Source of the DNA: Mobula hypostoma
Lineage: Eukaryota
Assembly (NCBI RefSeq): GCF_963921235.1
Contig: NC_086097.1
Span: forward strand, 208,446,001 to 208,510,000
Direction: 5' to 3'
DNA length: 64,000 nucleotides
Part shown: piece after piece, positions 37,801-51,640 of the stretch
Numbering within the stretch: position 1 is the first letter of the stretch
How the letters are laid out: the number at the start of each line of letters is the position of its first letter
The notes under the pieces: generated by a model
Seen by the model: the letters and a program-made list of their open reading frames with translations, nothing else
What the model was told of the DNA's origin: nothing
Databases searched by the model: none
Program-made: the position numbers and the translations under genes

Positions 37801-40454
37801 CCTGAGTGTGTTATCTCTTTAGATGCTGAGAAAGCTTTTGATAGAGTAGAATGGCCTTACTTATTTAAGGTGCTTGAAATATTTAATTTTAGCTCGAAAT
37901 TTATATCCTGGATCAAACTGTTATATCATTCTCCTGTAGCCTCGGTCCATACTAACTCTTTAAGCTCACCTTTTTTTCCCTCTTTTTCGAGGTAGTCGAC
38001 AAGGCTGTCCTCTTAGTCCTTTATTATTTGATATTGCATTAGAACCTCTTGCAATTGCCATTTGAGAATCTCCAAATATTACTGGGATAACTCGGGACTT
38101 AAAGTCCCATAAAATATCACTCTATGCTGATGACTTACTTTTATATATTTCTAATCCTCAAAAATCCATCTCTGCTGTTTTAGATTTATTAGCACAATTT
38201 AGTCTTTTTTCAGGTTATAAATTAAATCTTAGTAAGAGTGAACTTTTCCCGATTAATAAACAACTTCCCTTATATCACAACTTTCCATTTAAATTGATTA
38301 ATAATTATTTTTCATATCTTGGGATTAAAATTACTTGTAAACACAAAGATTTATTTAAGATTAATTTTTTTTACCCTTAATTGACCATATTACTCAACTT
38401 TCATCTAAATGGTTTCCATTATATTTAACTTTGATTGGTCGTATTAATGCAGTTAAGATGTTTTTTATATATATTTCAGGCATTACCGATTTTAGTTCCA
38501 AAATCTTTTTTTGATAAAGTTGACTCAAAAATTTCTTCATTTATTTGGCAAAATAAAAACCCGAGACTGGGTAAAATACATTTACAGAAAGCTAAGAGAG
38601 ATGGAGGTTTAGCATTACCTAACTTTAGATTCTATTATTGGGCAATTAATATTCGACATATGAAATTTTGGTTACTTGACCAGGATATACTATCCATTCC
38701 TAAATGGGTAGTATTGGAATTACAATCTGCTCAGGGCTATACACTTGGCTCTATTTTAGGTTCCTCTCTTCCTTTTGATTTGAAACGCCTCAAACAGGTC
38801 TCTAACCCGATAGTTAAATATACCTTACGTATTTGGTTTCAATTCAGAAAATTTTTTGATCTTAACCAATTTGGGCTAGCGATTCCTATTTTAGGTAACA
38901 TATTTTTCTCTCCCTCTTTCACAGATCGTGCTTTTCAAATTTGGAAGACTAAGGGTATTTCACAGTTTTTGGATTTATTTTTTGATGGTTCCCTTATGTC
39001 TTTTGAACAATTATCTAATAAATATAATTTATCAAGAATACATTTTTTTAGATATCCACAAGTTAGAAATTTCCTAAGTACTATACTTTCTTCCTTTCCA
39101 ATGCTTCCTCCTACATATATTTTAGATACTATAATTAACCTTAATCCATGTCAAAAAGGTGCATCGGCTATGATTTATAATATTATTATGAAACTTAGGA
39201 AAGCTCCATTTGATAAGATTAGGGTAGATTGGGAACAGGAATTGGGCTCTATCATTTCCGTGGAAGACTGGTGGCAGATTTTATAATTAGTCAATACTTC
39301 CTCTATCTGTGCTAAACATTCCCTAATTCAATTTAAAGTTGTTCATAGAGCACATATGTCCAAAGATAAATTAGCTCGTTTTTATTCTCATATTAATCCT
39401 TTTTGTGATAGATGTCCGGGGCAGATAGCCTCTTTAACTCATATGTTTTGGTCTTGTCCTACTCTGGAAACTTTTTGGAGAGACATTTTTAATATTATCT
39501 CAAAGGTATTGAATATAGATATCTCTCCTCACCCTATTACTGCTATCTTTGGATTACCTAAAATTTCCAGTAATCTTTCTCCTTCAGCCCGTAGAATGAT
39601 TGCATTTCTTACTTTAATGGCGAAAAGATGTATCTTACAACATTGGAAAGAGCTTAATGCTCCATCTACCTTTTTTTGGTTTTCTCAGACGATATTATGC
39701 TTGAATTTGGAGAAAATTAGAAGCAATCTTTATGATTCCTCACTTAAATTTGAACAGACTTGGAGATCTTTTATTCAATATTTTCATTTAAAGTAATTTT
39801 TTTTCTTCCCCTTTTTGCTCCATATTTATATTCCCTTCTTGTTTTTTTCTACTGTTTTTAATGGAGGTCGGGTTTGAGGACGTGATTTTAAGTCTTTTAA
39901 CTCTACTTGTTTCCAAGTTAGCCCATTGCTTTGCTTTGCTTTTAGTTTAGTTGCACAGTGGGTTTTTTTTCCCCTTTTTCTATTGATATATATATATAAA
40001 AATTAGTATACTATTATGTTACCTTATTATTTTATGTTTAAATTACATTGTTTGTATCATTTCTTTTCTGTTTTAATATCTCCTGTAATTTTATTATATT
40101 CTAACAGTGTATTAGTGCCTATATGGCTTACCTTTTGTATACTTATTCAATAAAAAGATTTAAAAAGAAAGAAAGAGTTTAGTTTTGTTAGTTTTCTAAA
40201 AACAAAATCGATACAAGATCGTTCGTCTTAGCTGGTTTCTTAATAAAGGATCAAATGTACCCTTTTCGATTTGGAAATTCATTATATGGAAGCATGTCAT
40301 ACAGTGTCAATTACCCTAGCTTCGTCTCTCAGCGGTTTTGGTTTGTCTTCCAATAACCGCTACAATACTTAATGAATCATGTAACAAACTAACCTTACGA
40401 TAGCGTAATGAAATAGGAACAAAAGATTTTAAAACTTACACTTCATTGCAAAGG

Positions 40455-41802
40455 AATCAGGATCAGAATCAGGTTTAATATCACTGGCATATGTTGAGAA
40501 ATTTGTTAACTTTGTAGCAGCAGTACAATGCAATACATAATAATAGAAAAAATGAATTAAAGTATTACGCCACTTGGAGTACTGTGCTCAGTTCTGGTCA
40601 CTACTACTGTAAGGATGTGGAAACCATAGTAAGGATGTGGAAACCATAGCAAGGGTGCAGAGGAGATTTACAAGTATGTTGCCTGGATTGGGGAGCATGC
40701 CTTATGAGAATAGTTTGGGTGAACTCGGCCTTTTTTCCTTGGAGCAACGGAGGATAAGAGGTGACCTGATAGAGGTGTATAAGATGATGAGAGGCATTGA
40801 TCGTGTGGATAGTCAGAGGCTTTTTCCCAGGGCTGAAATGGCTAGCACAAGAGGTCACAGTTTTAAGGTGCTTGGAAGTAGGTAGAGGAGATGTCAGGGG
40901 TAAGTTTTTTTTTGTACGTACAGAGTGGTCAGCGCGTGGAATGGAACACCGGTGACAGTGGTGGAGGTGGATATGGTAGGTTCTTTTAAGAGAATCCTGG
41001 ACAGGTACATGGAGCTCAGAAAAATAGAGGGCTATGGGTAACCCTAGGTAATTTCTAATAAAATATAAAAGTTACATAACTTAGTAATGCAATAATAGAA
41101 ATAGAGTTGAGGTAGTGTTCGTGGGTTCAATGTCTATTCAGAAATCGAATGGCAGACAGCAAGAAGTTGTTCCTGAATCATTGACTGTGTGTCTTCAGGT
41201 TTCCGGACCTCTTTTCTGCTGGTAGCAATTAGAACAAGGCATGATATGGGTGATGGGGGTCCTTAATGATGGAGAGGGAGGGGGATTTTTGATCAGAAAT
41301 ATAGGAACTGTAGTCAATAAGCAGCATCGTGACATAGGCTACTTGCATTGTCCCGACAATCCAAAGCCAAGTGAAGAGCCAATAAGATTGCGTCCACCAT
41401 AGACCAATTGTGGCGATAGGCAAATTGCAGAGGGTCCAGGTACTAGACGGGACAGGAATTCATTCTAGCCATAATCAACCTCTCAAAGCACTTCATCACC
41501 ATAGGTATGAGTACTACTGGATGATAGTCATTAAGGCAGCTCACTATGCTCTTCTTGGGCACAGGTATAATTGTTGCCCTTTAGAAGTAGGTGGAAACTT
41601 CCAGCTTCAGCAAAGAGACATTGAAAATGTCTTTGACCACCTCTGCCAGTTGGTTAGCTCAGGTTTTCAGAGCCCTATCAGGTACTCCATTGGGGCCGGT
41701 CACCTTGCGAAGGTTCACCCTCTTAAAAGACAGCCTGATGTCAGCCTCTGAGACAGAGATCACAGGGTCAGCAGGTGTTGCGGGGATTCACATAGCTGTG
41801 GT
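40455..41802 (-). mobile_element. Rex1-like LINE fragment interrupted by a CR1
   Basis: aatcagg/atcagaatcagg tail as at 17337; body similar to 17540-17700 and 18460-18970. Confidence 0.78.
40566..41058 (+). mobile_element. CR1 3' fragment
   Basis: PHLEYCAQFWS, RVQRRFT and GDLIEVYK motifs; 20-bp tandem duplication at 40611-40650. Confidence 0.85.
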
Positions 41803-41893
41803 TCAGATGAATATAGAATATTATTCCATATTCTTCATTAAATTCAAAGTTTCATTATGATTAAACCCAGTGGTTTATCATAATACACTAGAG

Positions 41894-41972
41894 AAGGGGT
41901 TCCAAACCTTTTTATGCCATGGATCCCTACCATTAGCTGTGGGGTCAGTGAACTCCAGATTGAAAACCCCTG
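41894..41972. mobile_element. hAT/Charlie-type MITE
   Basis: 8-bp TSD cactagag / tactagag; TIR aggggtt / aacccctg. Confidence 0.8.
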
Positions 41973-42276
41973 TACTAGAGTGAAATTGAAAGCCAAAATG
42001 ACCAATAGCTGTGATTAAGTTGGTAGCATTCTCTTCTCTGGTAGTTAAGAGTTCAAATACTTCTTCAGAGACTCAAGTAAAAAGTTAACACTCCAATACA
42101 GCAATAAGAATGACTGCACTGTTCAATGTGTCATATTGTATACGGTACATTAAACTGAGACTTTATAGTAGTCATAGTCATACTTTATTGATCCCGGGGG
42201 AAATTGGTTTTCGTTACATTTGCACCATAAATAACTAAATAGTAATAAAACCATAAGTAATTAAATCATAATATGT

Positions 42277-42424
42277 CACTCTTCCTTCAGTTAGTCCTGA
42301 TGAAGGGTCTCGGCCTGAAACGTCGACTGTACCTCTTCCTAGAGATGCTGCCTGGCCTGCTGCGTTCACCAGCAACTTTGATGTGTGTTGCTTGAATTTC
42401 CAGCATCTGCAGAATTCCTGTTGT
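42277..42424 (+). mobile_element. Solo 148-bp Penelope 3' end with a hammerhead
   Basis: TSD atatgt at 42271-42276 and 42425-42430; the empty site is visible in the paralog near 46331. Confidence 0.9.
42293..42328 (+). ncRNA. Minimal type I hammerhead ribozyme, intact core
   Basis: AGTC CTGATGA AGGGTCTCGGCCT GAAACGTC GACT. Confidence 0.8.
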
Positions 42425-43029
42425 ATATGTAAATTATGCCAGGAAATAAATCCAGGACCAGCCTATTGGCTCAGGGTGTCTGACCCTCCAAGGGAGGAGT
42501 TGTAAAGTTTGATGGCCACAGGCAGGAATGACTTCCTATGACGCTCTGTGTTGCATCTCGGTGGAATGAGTCTCTGGCTGAATGTACTCCTGTGCCCAAC
42601 CAGTACATTATGTAGTGGATGGGAGACATTGTCCAAGATGGCATGCAACTTGGACAGCATCCTCTTTTCAGACACCACTGTCAGAGAGTCCAGTTCCATC
42701 CCCACAACATCACTGGCCTTACGAATGAGTTTGTTGATTTTCTTGGTGTCTGCTACCCTCAGCCTGCTGCCCCAGCACACAACAGCAAACATGATCGCAC
42801 TGGCCACCACAGACTCGTAGAACATCCTCAGCATCATCCGACAGATGTTAAAGGACCTCAGTCTCCTCAGGAAATAGAGACGGCTCTGACCCTTCTTGCA
42901 GACAGCCTCAGTGTTCTCTGACCAGTCCAGTCCAGTTATTAACTCTTGCATGATGATAAAAGATCAAATTCCACTCTATCAGGAGCAGTTATCCCTGATA
43001 TCCAGGTCCAAATTAACACCATTTCTCTC

Positions 43030-44112
43030 TGCATTCAACATTATCATCTTCTCAAAACTAGTTAATAATCTCCAAGACCTAGGCCTCAATACTTGCTTGT
43101 GCAACTGGATCCTCGCTTTCTTCACAATCAGACCCCAGTCAGTTTGGATGGCAGCATCTCCTCCACAATCACTATCAGCAAAGGTACACCACAAGGCCGT
43201 ATACTGAGTCCCCGCTATACTTGCTTTATACTTACGACTGTTGAGTGCAAGCACAGCTCCAATGCCATATTCAAGTTTTTGACAACACAACTGCTGTTGG
43301 CCAAATCAAAGGTGGAAACGAATCAGCGTAGAGGAGGGAGGTTAAAAATCTGGTTGAATGATATCACAACAACCTCACTCAATGTCAGCAAAACCAAACA
43401 CCTGACTACTGACCACAGGAAGAGGAAAAAGGAGGTTCATGAGCCGGTTCTCATCAAGGTCAATATCTTTAAATTATTGGCTTCTTCATTTTTGAGAAAC
43501 TGTCCCGGGCCCAGCATGCATGTACCCTCACAAAGGCGGCACAGCAGCAGCTCTACTTCCTTAGAAGTTTGCACAAATTCAGCATATCATCTAAAACTTT
43601 GACAAATTTCTATAGATGTGCAGTGAAGATTATCCTGCCTGGTTGTACGGAAACACCAATGCCCATGAATGGAAAAAACCTTTATGGACACAGCCCAGTC
43701 CAACACAAGAAAAGCACTCCCACCATTTTGCACATCTACAGGGGGCACTGGCACAAGAAAGCAGCATCCATTGTCAAGAACCCCCACCAGAATCAAGAAC
43801 AATTATTAACCTTCAACCATCAGGATTTAGATCAAACATGGGTAACTTCACTCACCTCCACGATGAACTATTCCACAACCTATGGATACACTTTCAAGGA
43901 CTCTAAAAGCCAATGTTCCCTATATTATATATATATTTTTGTAATTGCAGTTTGTCTTCTTATGCACATTAGATGTTTGTCCATCTTAGTGTGTAGTTTT
44001 TTAAAATTGATTTATTGATTCTATTGTTTCTTTGTAAATACTGTGATTGCCTGCAAGAAAATGAATCTCGGTATGTTGACATATACGTACTTTGATAATA
44101 AATTTACTTTGA
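43030..44112 (+). mobile_element. Rex1-like LINE 3' part, degenerate
   Basis: SAFNII..., LCNWIL and LNVSKTK motifs; tail ataataaatttactttga. Confidence 0.78.
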
Positions 44113-45750
44113 AAGTAATTTCTCCAAGAAATATAAATATAAGTTAATTGGACATCACTAATTTTATTTGATCCCATAATTGTCAGAATGAAGTTCAGTG
44201 AAAAAGGATGCATGGATGATTGATAAGGGCATTTCCCACTTGGAATTAGAGTGAAAAATCAAGAAGTTGTTATTCCACTTAGACTGTCCTGCCACTTAAG
44301 TGTGTTAAATAATTTCAACTGATGCATTTTCAGAAAAAGACAGCTGCTGGGAATAGTGGATCACTGTTGCTGCAGAAAGCTGGGATATGAGTCTCTGAGG
44401 AAATGATGTCCTGTGTTTTTAAGTTAAATAGTCCTAACTGAGGGTGGTGCCAGTTTCCAGTGGCAAGCCTCTACAGGATAGATCCTGGTTTGTCTAATTT
44501 CTTTTAACTTTTGACAAAATAGATCTTATGAAGTCCAGATCCTGTTCCTTGTGCAGGATGCACACATAAGAATGAAAGTTGCATTTTAGAAAATGCTGAA
44601 AACACCCAGGTCATTTGAAGTTAATGATCTTCAACCTGAAAGTTTAATTCTCAAAGTTTCTCAGTAATTTGATGATCAAAGTACGTATATCGTATACAAC
44701 CTTGAGGTTCATCTTCTTGCAGCAGCCACAAAACAAACTAACATTAGAATCCACAAAAAACGGCACACAGCCAAGACTGACAAACATCCAGTGTGTAAAA
44801 AATAAGAACAAGTCCTGTAAACAATTTTAACAAAGTAAACAAATACACTGCAATATAAACTGCAGTGGCTGAAAGTGAGTTCATAGCCACGGAGCCAGTT
44901 CAGGACTGAGGCAAGTGAAGCCAGTCTAGGAGCCTGACTGCTGCAGGCCACAGCTGCAGAGCCAGTTCAGCCTGAGCAGGGCGAACTTGGTCCAGGAACC
45001 AGATGGCTGCAGATCACAGCTCATCTTTCCATAGACGCTGTCTCACCCATTGAATGTTTCCAGCATTTACTAATATTATTTCAGATTTTCAGCATCTACA
45101 ATTTTACAATTAGCATTTAAATATGCCTTGCATGCTGATCAACTTTGCAGATAAATGACGAATCTAAAAGTTTCTTAATGGACTTTAAAAATCCAAAGGA
45201 TGTCTCAGATATTGAAGAAAAAGCCTTTTCTAATTGAAAATTGATAATCTAGCACACATAAACATGGGAACATGTACAGAACTTAAAGAATTTTAGGCCA
45301 TTTTAAATGCATAAGAATTCAAAGGATAGGAATCTTCATCACAATAAATCTAGTTTAATAGTTGAAGTTAGTTGTTTACTATCTTTGAAACAGTCTTAAA
45401 ATTGCTCTATTTTTTCCTTAAATAATAATGTGGTTGTTTGAAGTATGGATTTAAGTATTCCATGCCTGACTTCAATAATGGATCAGTAATATTACCATAT
45501 TTGTGATGACACAAGATTTCCACATATCACCAGAAGCAGATATGGAAATTACAATTGCCAAACCAAAACAACCTTTTATATACAGTTCTAGTTCTTCAAA
45601 AAAAAGGTTTTTCTCTGCTTTCAGTGGAATCATCTTATCTTCAAATATACACTGTCACCCATGTTTAATCTTTAAAGTTTCTCTCCCTTATCTTGCAGAG
45701 TGGAGAGTGCCTCAGATCTTTAACAATGACTCAAAAGAAGATAATGGTTA

Positions 45751-45864
<114 letters not shown>

Positions 45865-46227
45865 CTATAGAATAAATTAAATAATGTTTAATAATGATTA
45901 AATGCATTAAATAGACTTCTCATTGCTAATATTTTAATGCTGATGCTCTAACTGAAGCTTAATTATTTTATTAAAAAGAACTCTGGCTGATATTTGTTGA
46001 TCCATCTGCTAGAAGTCGTCAAATAAGGATAAGAACAGAATACGCTGAAAACACTCAGCAAAGAATGGAAGCGTTGTCAATAGCTGAAGAATTTAAAAAC
46101 AATTTCAGAAGGCTACAATTTGCCCAGATGGAAGATGAGGCATATTCCACGAACTGTCTTGGGCCTCATAATAGTTCAAGAGACCACATACAGAAAGCTT
46201 TTTTGATCTGTATCAAAACTGGCCATT

Positions 46228-46787
46228 CATAGTCATAGTGATAGTTTATTGATCCTGGGGAAAATTGGTTTTTGTTACAGTTGCACCATAAATAATAAAT
46301 AGTAATAGAACCATAAATAGCTAAATACTAATACGTAAATTATGCCAGTAAATTATGAAATAAGTCCAGGACCAGCCTATCGGCTCAGGGTGTCTGACCC
46401 TCCAAGGGAGGAGTTGTAAAGTTTGATGGCCACAGGCAGGAATGACTTCCTATGACGCTCTGTGCTGCATCTTGGAGGAATGAGTCTCTGGCTGAATGTA
46501 CTCCTGTGCCCACCCAGTACATTATGCAGTGGATGGGAGACATTGACCAAGATGGCATGCAACTAGACAGCATCCTCTTTTCAGACACCACCGTGAGAGA
46601 GTCCAGTTCCATCCCTACAACATCACTGGCCTTACGAATGAGTTTGTTGATTCTCTTGGTGTCTGCTACCCTCAGCCTGCTGCCCCAGCACACAACAGCA
46701 AACATGATAGCACTGGCCACCACAGACTCGTAGAACATCCTCAGCATCGTCCGGCAGATGTTAAAGGACCTCAGTCTCCTCAGGAAC
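46228..46787 (-). mobile_element. Rex1/Babar-like LINE 3' fragment
   Basis: Highly similar to 42165-42870. Confidence 0.85.
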
Positions 46788-47445
46788 ATTACTGTGGTTT
46801 AAATACAGTTCTTTACAGTGGTTCAGTTTTCATCTCCATTAGTATAGCCTAACCTATTGGGCTTGTCCCACGGCTCAGCTAATAACACGTAACACAAAGC
46901 ATCATGCGTTTTAACTGCCACATTAGCCCATTTAGTCTATGGGGCTCTCACCAAACTTGTTCCTGAGAATTAACTCTTCCCTAGTTCTGAGAAAAGGTCT
47001 TGAACATGAAGTGTTAACTTTTACACTTTCCATAGATGCTGGTGACATGTTGTTCCCAGCATTTTCTGTTTTATTTCAGATTTTCAGAAATATTTAAAAA
47101 AAACATTTTCATTATTGTAAAATAGGAAATAATTCTAACTTTCATTGGAAATTTAATCCAGTAAAGAATTCTATAATGAATAACTCAATCATAATTAGAA
47201 CATATATGCCCCATCTAAAATGCAAAGCAATCTAATGATGCTCCATCAGAAAATTCAGAAAAATCAGCTTAATTTGTTTTCTAATTCTACATTGTAGCTT
47301 TAAAAATATTTAATACGCTATTATTTCTAATACATATATTCAGAAAAATGGAAAAACTTCAAAAAATACACAAATTAAATAAATGTGTCAGCAACAGCCG
47401 GATACGAAGACAGACTTTTTTTTGTGTCACATCCCCCATGTTCTA

Positions 47446-47667
<222 letters not shown>

Positions 47668-48399
47668 TTACATAATTTCATGTAATGTAACAAAATATGG
47701 AATTTTCTTAGTTGCAGTTGCATTGGAACCAGAAAATGACTTCCAAAATTATATTGATAGGTTACCTAAAAGAAAACCCTTGACTTTCAATACCCATGTG
47801 AAATCTGCAGATTGTGTAAACATTCTTTTCTCCATCAATTCCAAAGTCCCACTCCACAATAAATACAAGGCCATCATTCCTACCACACCCCTTTCTGCAT
47901 TTCCTACCAGTTTCTGATCCCAAAAATATAAAGGTTTCTTAAGTCACAAATTAAATTTCCATTATTCTGACCACATTGTTTTATCTCTTCTCAGTCTGCC
48001 TTTAACTACTGACGATGCCCATTGCTTCACTCCTGTGCCAATGCCATTTCCCTTCTGCCTGGTTCCTCTTTCAATTGATTTCATTCCTTGAAATTGTAAA
48101 GCAAAAAAAAAACATTATCTACCAAAAATCTGAAATTAAATTATCATACAAAAGCATTGACCAATTGTTTATACAGGAAGATCCAGGAATTTGCCTAACT
48201 TGCATAGTATTCCCAACTTTCTATTTTAACTTCATTCTTAACCTTCATGATCCTAGTGAGTTACCTCCACCTATGCATTTTCTTCCCATTACCCTGTAAT
48301 GTCCTAAGGATCCAATCATGGCCACTACCCACATTCTTTCTTATGTCAACTTTGGCAGTCAAATATACTCGAAGCATAGTCAGTTCCACATTTCCATCA

Positions 48400-50072
48400 C
48401 CTATCCAAATTCCTTCACCACCTCTTATCAGAGTGATCTTACTGCTGATTTTGAAAAGGCAAACTGTGGGAGGATGTGTTTCATGGTAAACTCTGTGATG
48501 CTCTGATGTGGTGGCTTTGTTGTACTTGTGTTTCCCCAACCTGGAACACCTAATGATCAAGTATCAACTATTCTATTTATCAGGAGAATTCTGCTCCGTG
48601 ATCCTGACCGCAGTTTACATACCACTATCGGCTGACTGTAATCAGGCACTTGAGATACTGCATGCTGCTGTTATCAAGCAAGAAGCAGTCCACCCCAACG
48701 CATTTGAAATTATAGTCAGGGACTTCAATCAGGCTTGTTTTGAGAAATCTCTGCACACTATACCACTGTATACTATGATAAAGAATGCCTACCGTACCAA
48801 GCCCAAAAAAATGTGATCACTTGGCTGTCTTCTGCTACCTGCATACAGAAGTAGCAAGGGTCCAGAGATAAGGACAACAAAGAGGTGGTCTAGGAAGGTG
48901 GAGGAGAGGCTACAGAATTGCTTTGAATTGGTGGACTAGGGCGTGTTCAAGGACTCATCAATGGATCTGAATGAATACAACATGGTTCTAACAGACTTTA
49001 CAAAAAACAAGTGTGTCCTCAGAAAATCATTCAGTCTTCCCCAACCAGAAGCCCTGGATTAATCATAAATCTGCAATCTGCTGAGGCCCAGCCTGCGACC
49101 ATGCCAGTTGTCAAGAAAGCCGTCTCACGGGCGAAGTGGCCATTCTGGACTAAACTTGAATCAATGAAGGATGCTCGATAGTTTGAATGCTATTACCTCC
49201 TACAAAGTGAAATCAAGCGACATAGGTGGTAAAAGTGCTTTGCTCCCAGATGAGCTCAATGTATTCTATGCTCGCTTTGACTGTCAAAACTTACAGGAAC
49301 CTTCATAAACTTCCACAGACCCCAATGACCCTGTAATTTCATTCTCTTGAGACTGACATGAGAGCATTCTGTTGGAGGGTGAACCCATGGAGAGCATCCA
49401 GCCCAGATGGGTTACCTGGCAGAGTACCAAAGACCTGGGCAACACACACCAAATGCTGGAGGAACTTAGCAGGCCGGGCAGCATTTATGGAAAAGAGCTC
49501 AAAACATTGATTGTTTACCCTTTTCCATAGATGCTGCATGGCCTGCTGTGTTCCTCTAGCATTTTGTGGAATTTGCTTTGCATTCCAGCATCTCTAGGTT
49601 TTCTTGTGTTTGTGATTCTACTAAAGTCCTGTGCTGATCAACTGGCTGGAGTATTCACCGATAGCTTTAACCTGTTGCTTTGGCAGTCTGAGGTATCCAC
49701 CTGTTTTAATCAGGCTTCAATTACACCAGTGCCTAAAAAATACATGGTAACCTGCTTCAATGACCATCATCCATTAGCACTTACATCCACTGTGATGAAG
49801 TGCTTTGAGAAGCTGGTGATGAAATATATCAACTCCTGCCTAAGAAGTGACTTGGATCCGCTCCTGTTTGCCTACTGGCATAATAAGTCCAAAGTAGATG
49901 CCATTCATTGGCTCTTCACTCAACCCTGGAACATCCGGACAGCAAAGATGGCATGTATTGAGATATTCGTTATGCTCAGCATTCAATAATCAATAAGCTT
50001 TAAGATCAATACCCCTCAAAAATAATCAATAACCTTTAACACCTTGGCCTCAATACCTCCATGTGCAATTGC
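48400..50072 (+). mobile_element. Rex1-like LINE fragment (APE-RT)
   Basis: LTAVYIP, DFNQA, NQKPW and ALTSTVMKCFE motifs. Confidence 0.8.
49441..49618. mobile_element. Miniature head-to-head pair of Penelope 3' tails
   Basis: Inverted arms (aaatgctggaggaacttagcaggcc...tatggaaaag / cttttccatagatgctgc...cctctagcattt); decayed 16-bp TSD at 49425-49440 and 49619-49634. Confidence 0.75.
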
Positions 50073-50074
50073 CA

Positions 50075-51640
50075 CCTGCCCAGATTCATTCCGTAATAGG
50101 AGATCTCCCTAGTTGGGACCTCTATGGATTTAAGAAACTTTCCTGAACACATTTGACAAATTCTACCCCATTCAACCCTTTTACAGCAGCGGGAATTGAA
50201 TCCAGGGCGCTATACTGTAAAGCAATGTGCTCATCACTATGCTATCGTGCCATTGTTTCTTGCAAAGGTCTGTGATCTCTCTACAAATTTGCTCCCTTAA
50301 ATACCATGAACTGTTGGATGGTCTATAATATAATCCCATGAATGTGGTCACCCCTTTCTTATTCCTCAGCTCCACCCATATAACCTCAGTAGACAAGCTC
50401 TCCAGTCAGTTCTGTCTGAGCACATGTGATACTTTCCCTTACTAGTAATGCCACACCTCCCCCTTTAATCCCTCCCGTTCTATCATGTCTAAAACAATGG
50501 AACCCTGGAACACTGAGCTACCACTCCAGACCCTCCTGCAACAAATCTCACTAATGGCTACAATGTTGTAGTTCCACTTGCTGATCGATGCCCTAAGCTC
50601 ACCTGCCTTTACTATAGTACTAGCATTGAAATATACGCAGCTCAGAACACTAGTTTCACCAAGCTCAAACTTTTGATTCCTGACTTTGCGTGTAGGCTGA
50701 ACAATATCTTTCTCCACAACCATCCCACTATCTTTTCTGGCGCTTTGATTTCCATCCCCCTGTAACTCTAGTTTAAACCTCCTCTGTGCAGCACACCTTT
50801 CTGCTAAGTTACAAGTCCTCCTCCAGTTCAGGTGCAAACTATCCCTTCTGTAAGGGTCTCACTTTCCCTGGAATAGAGCCTATTATCCAAAAATCTGAAA
50901 CGCTCCCTCCCACACCATCTCCTTAGTCACATGTTAAACTGTATGATCTTATTTTTGGCTTCATTAACACGTGGCATGGGTAGCAATCCCGAGATCACAA
51001 CCCTGGAGGTCCTGTCCTTTAACTTAGCACCTCACTCCCGAAACTCACATTGTAGGACATGGTCCACGACCACTGGCTGTTCATCCTCCCAATTAAGAAT
51101 GCTGTGAACGCGATTCTGAAATGTTCCTGACCCTGGCACCTCGGAGGCAACATACGATATGGGAATCTCGTTCTTGTTCACAGAACCTCCTGTCTGTTCC
51201 CAAACCAATAAATCCCCTATCACTCCAGGTCACCTATTCTCCATCATTCTCTGATGAGCCACAGAGCCAGACTCAGTCAGAGACATGACCACTGTGGCTT
51301 TCTTGTACTCAGTCATCCCCTCCTAATAGTATCCAAAGTAGTATACCTGTTGTTGAGGGAAATGGCCACAGAGGTAGTCTGCACTGGCTGTCTATCCCCT
51401 CTTCCCCTCCTGTGGTCACCCAGTTACCCAAGTCCTGTACCTTGGGTTTAACTATTTTCCTGCATGTCCTGTCGATCAATCTGTCAGCCTCTCGAATGAT
51501 CTGGAGTTCATCAAGTTCTAGCTTCAATTCCTCAACACAGTCTGAAAGAAGCTGCAGCTGGATGCATGTGTGGTTGCCAGGGATAAAGGGAGCTCTGTCT
51601 TTCCACATCCCACAAGAGGAGCATTCTACTGTGTTATCCT
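50075..51640 (-). mobile_element. CR1 5' part (ORF1 and start of ORF2), degenerate
   Basis: CIQLQLL..V.ELKLELDEL, PVVVDHV, YFNAS, IWVELRNKKG and YYRP motifs. Confidence 0.8.

Larger units (their letters stand above)
30930..40176 (+). mobile_element. Full-length L1/Tx1-clade LINE (defective), antisense in LYPLA1 intron 7
   Basis: ORF1 from 31101 (coiled coil, QNLRMIG, PRHVILRF). ORF2 36029-39796 (SWNTNGL, LQETH, GGDLN, SDHAP, KAPGPDG, DAEKAFD, YADD, CDRC..THMFWSC) with frameshifts. AATAAA plus A-rich tail; TSD gtttagt at 30923-30929 and 40177-40183. Confidence 0.93.
30708..40364 (+). mobile_element. Probable solo LTR (~400 bp: 30708-30929 plus 40184-40364) split by the L1
   Basis: Starts tgtcac and ends gctaca; AATAAA near 40242; imperfect flanks gtactc / atactt. 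Confidence 0.45.
42165..42930 (-). mobile_element. Rex1/Babar-like LINE 3' fragment
   Basis: [13 protein letters not shown]...SFLPVAIKLYN; (gactat)n tail; paralog at 46228-46787. Confidence 0.85.

Noticed and set aside
44860..45022. Two ~65-bp imperfect tandem units (gagccagttcag...ctgcag..cacagct)
   Set aside because: Appears to be part of a decayed LINE 3' region; too degenerate to support more.
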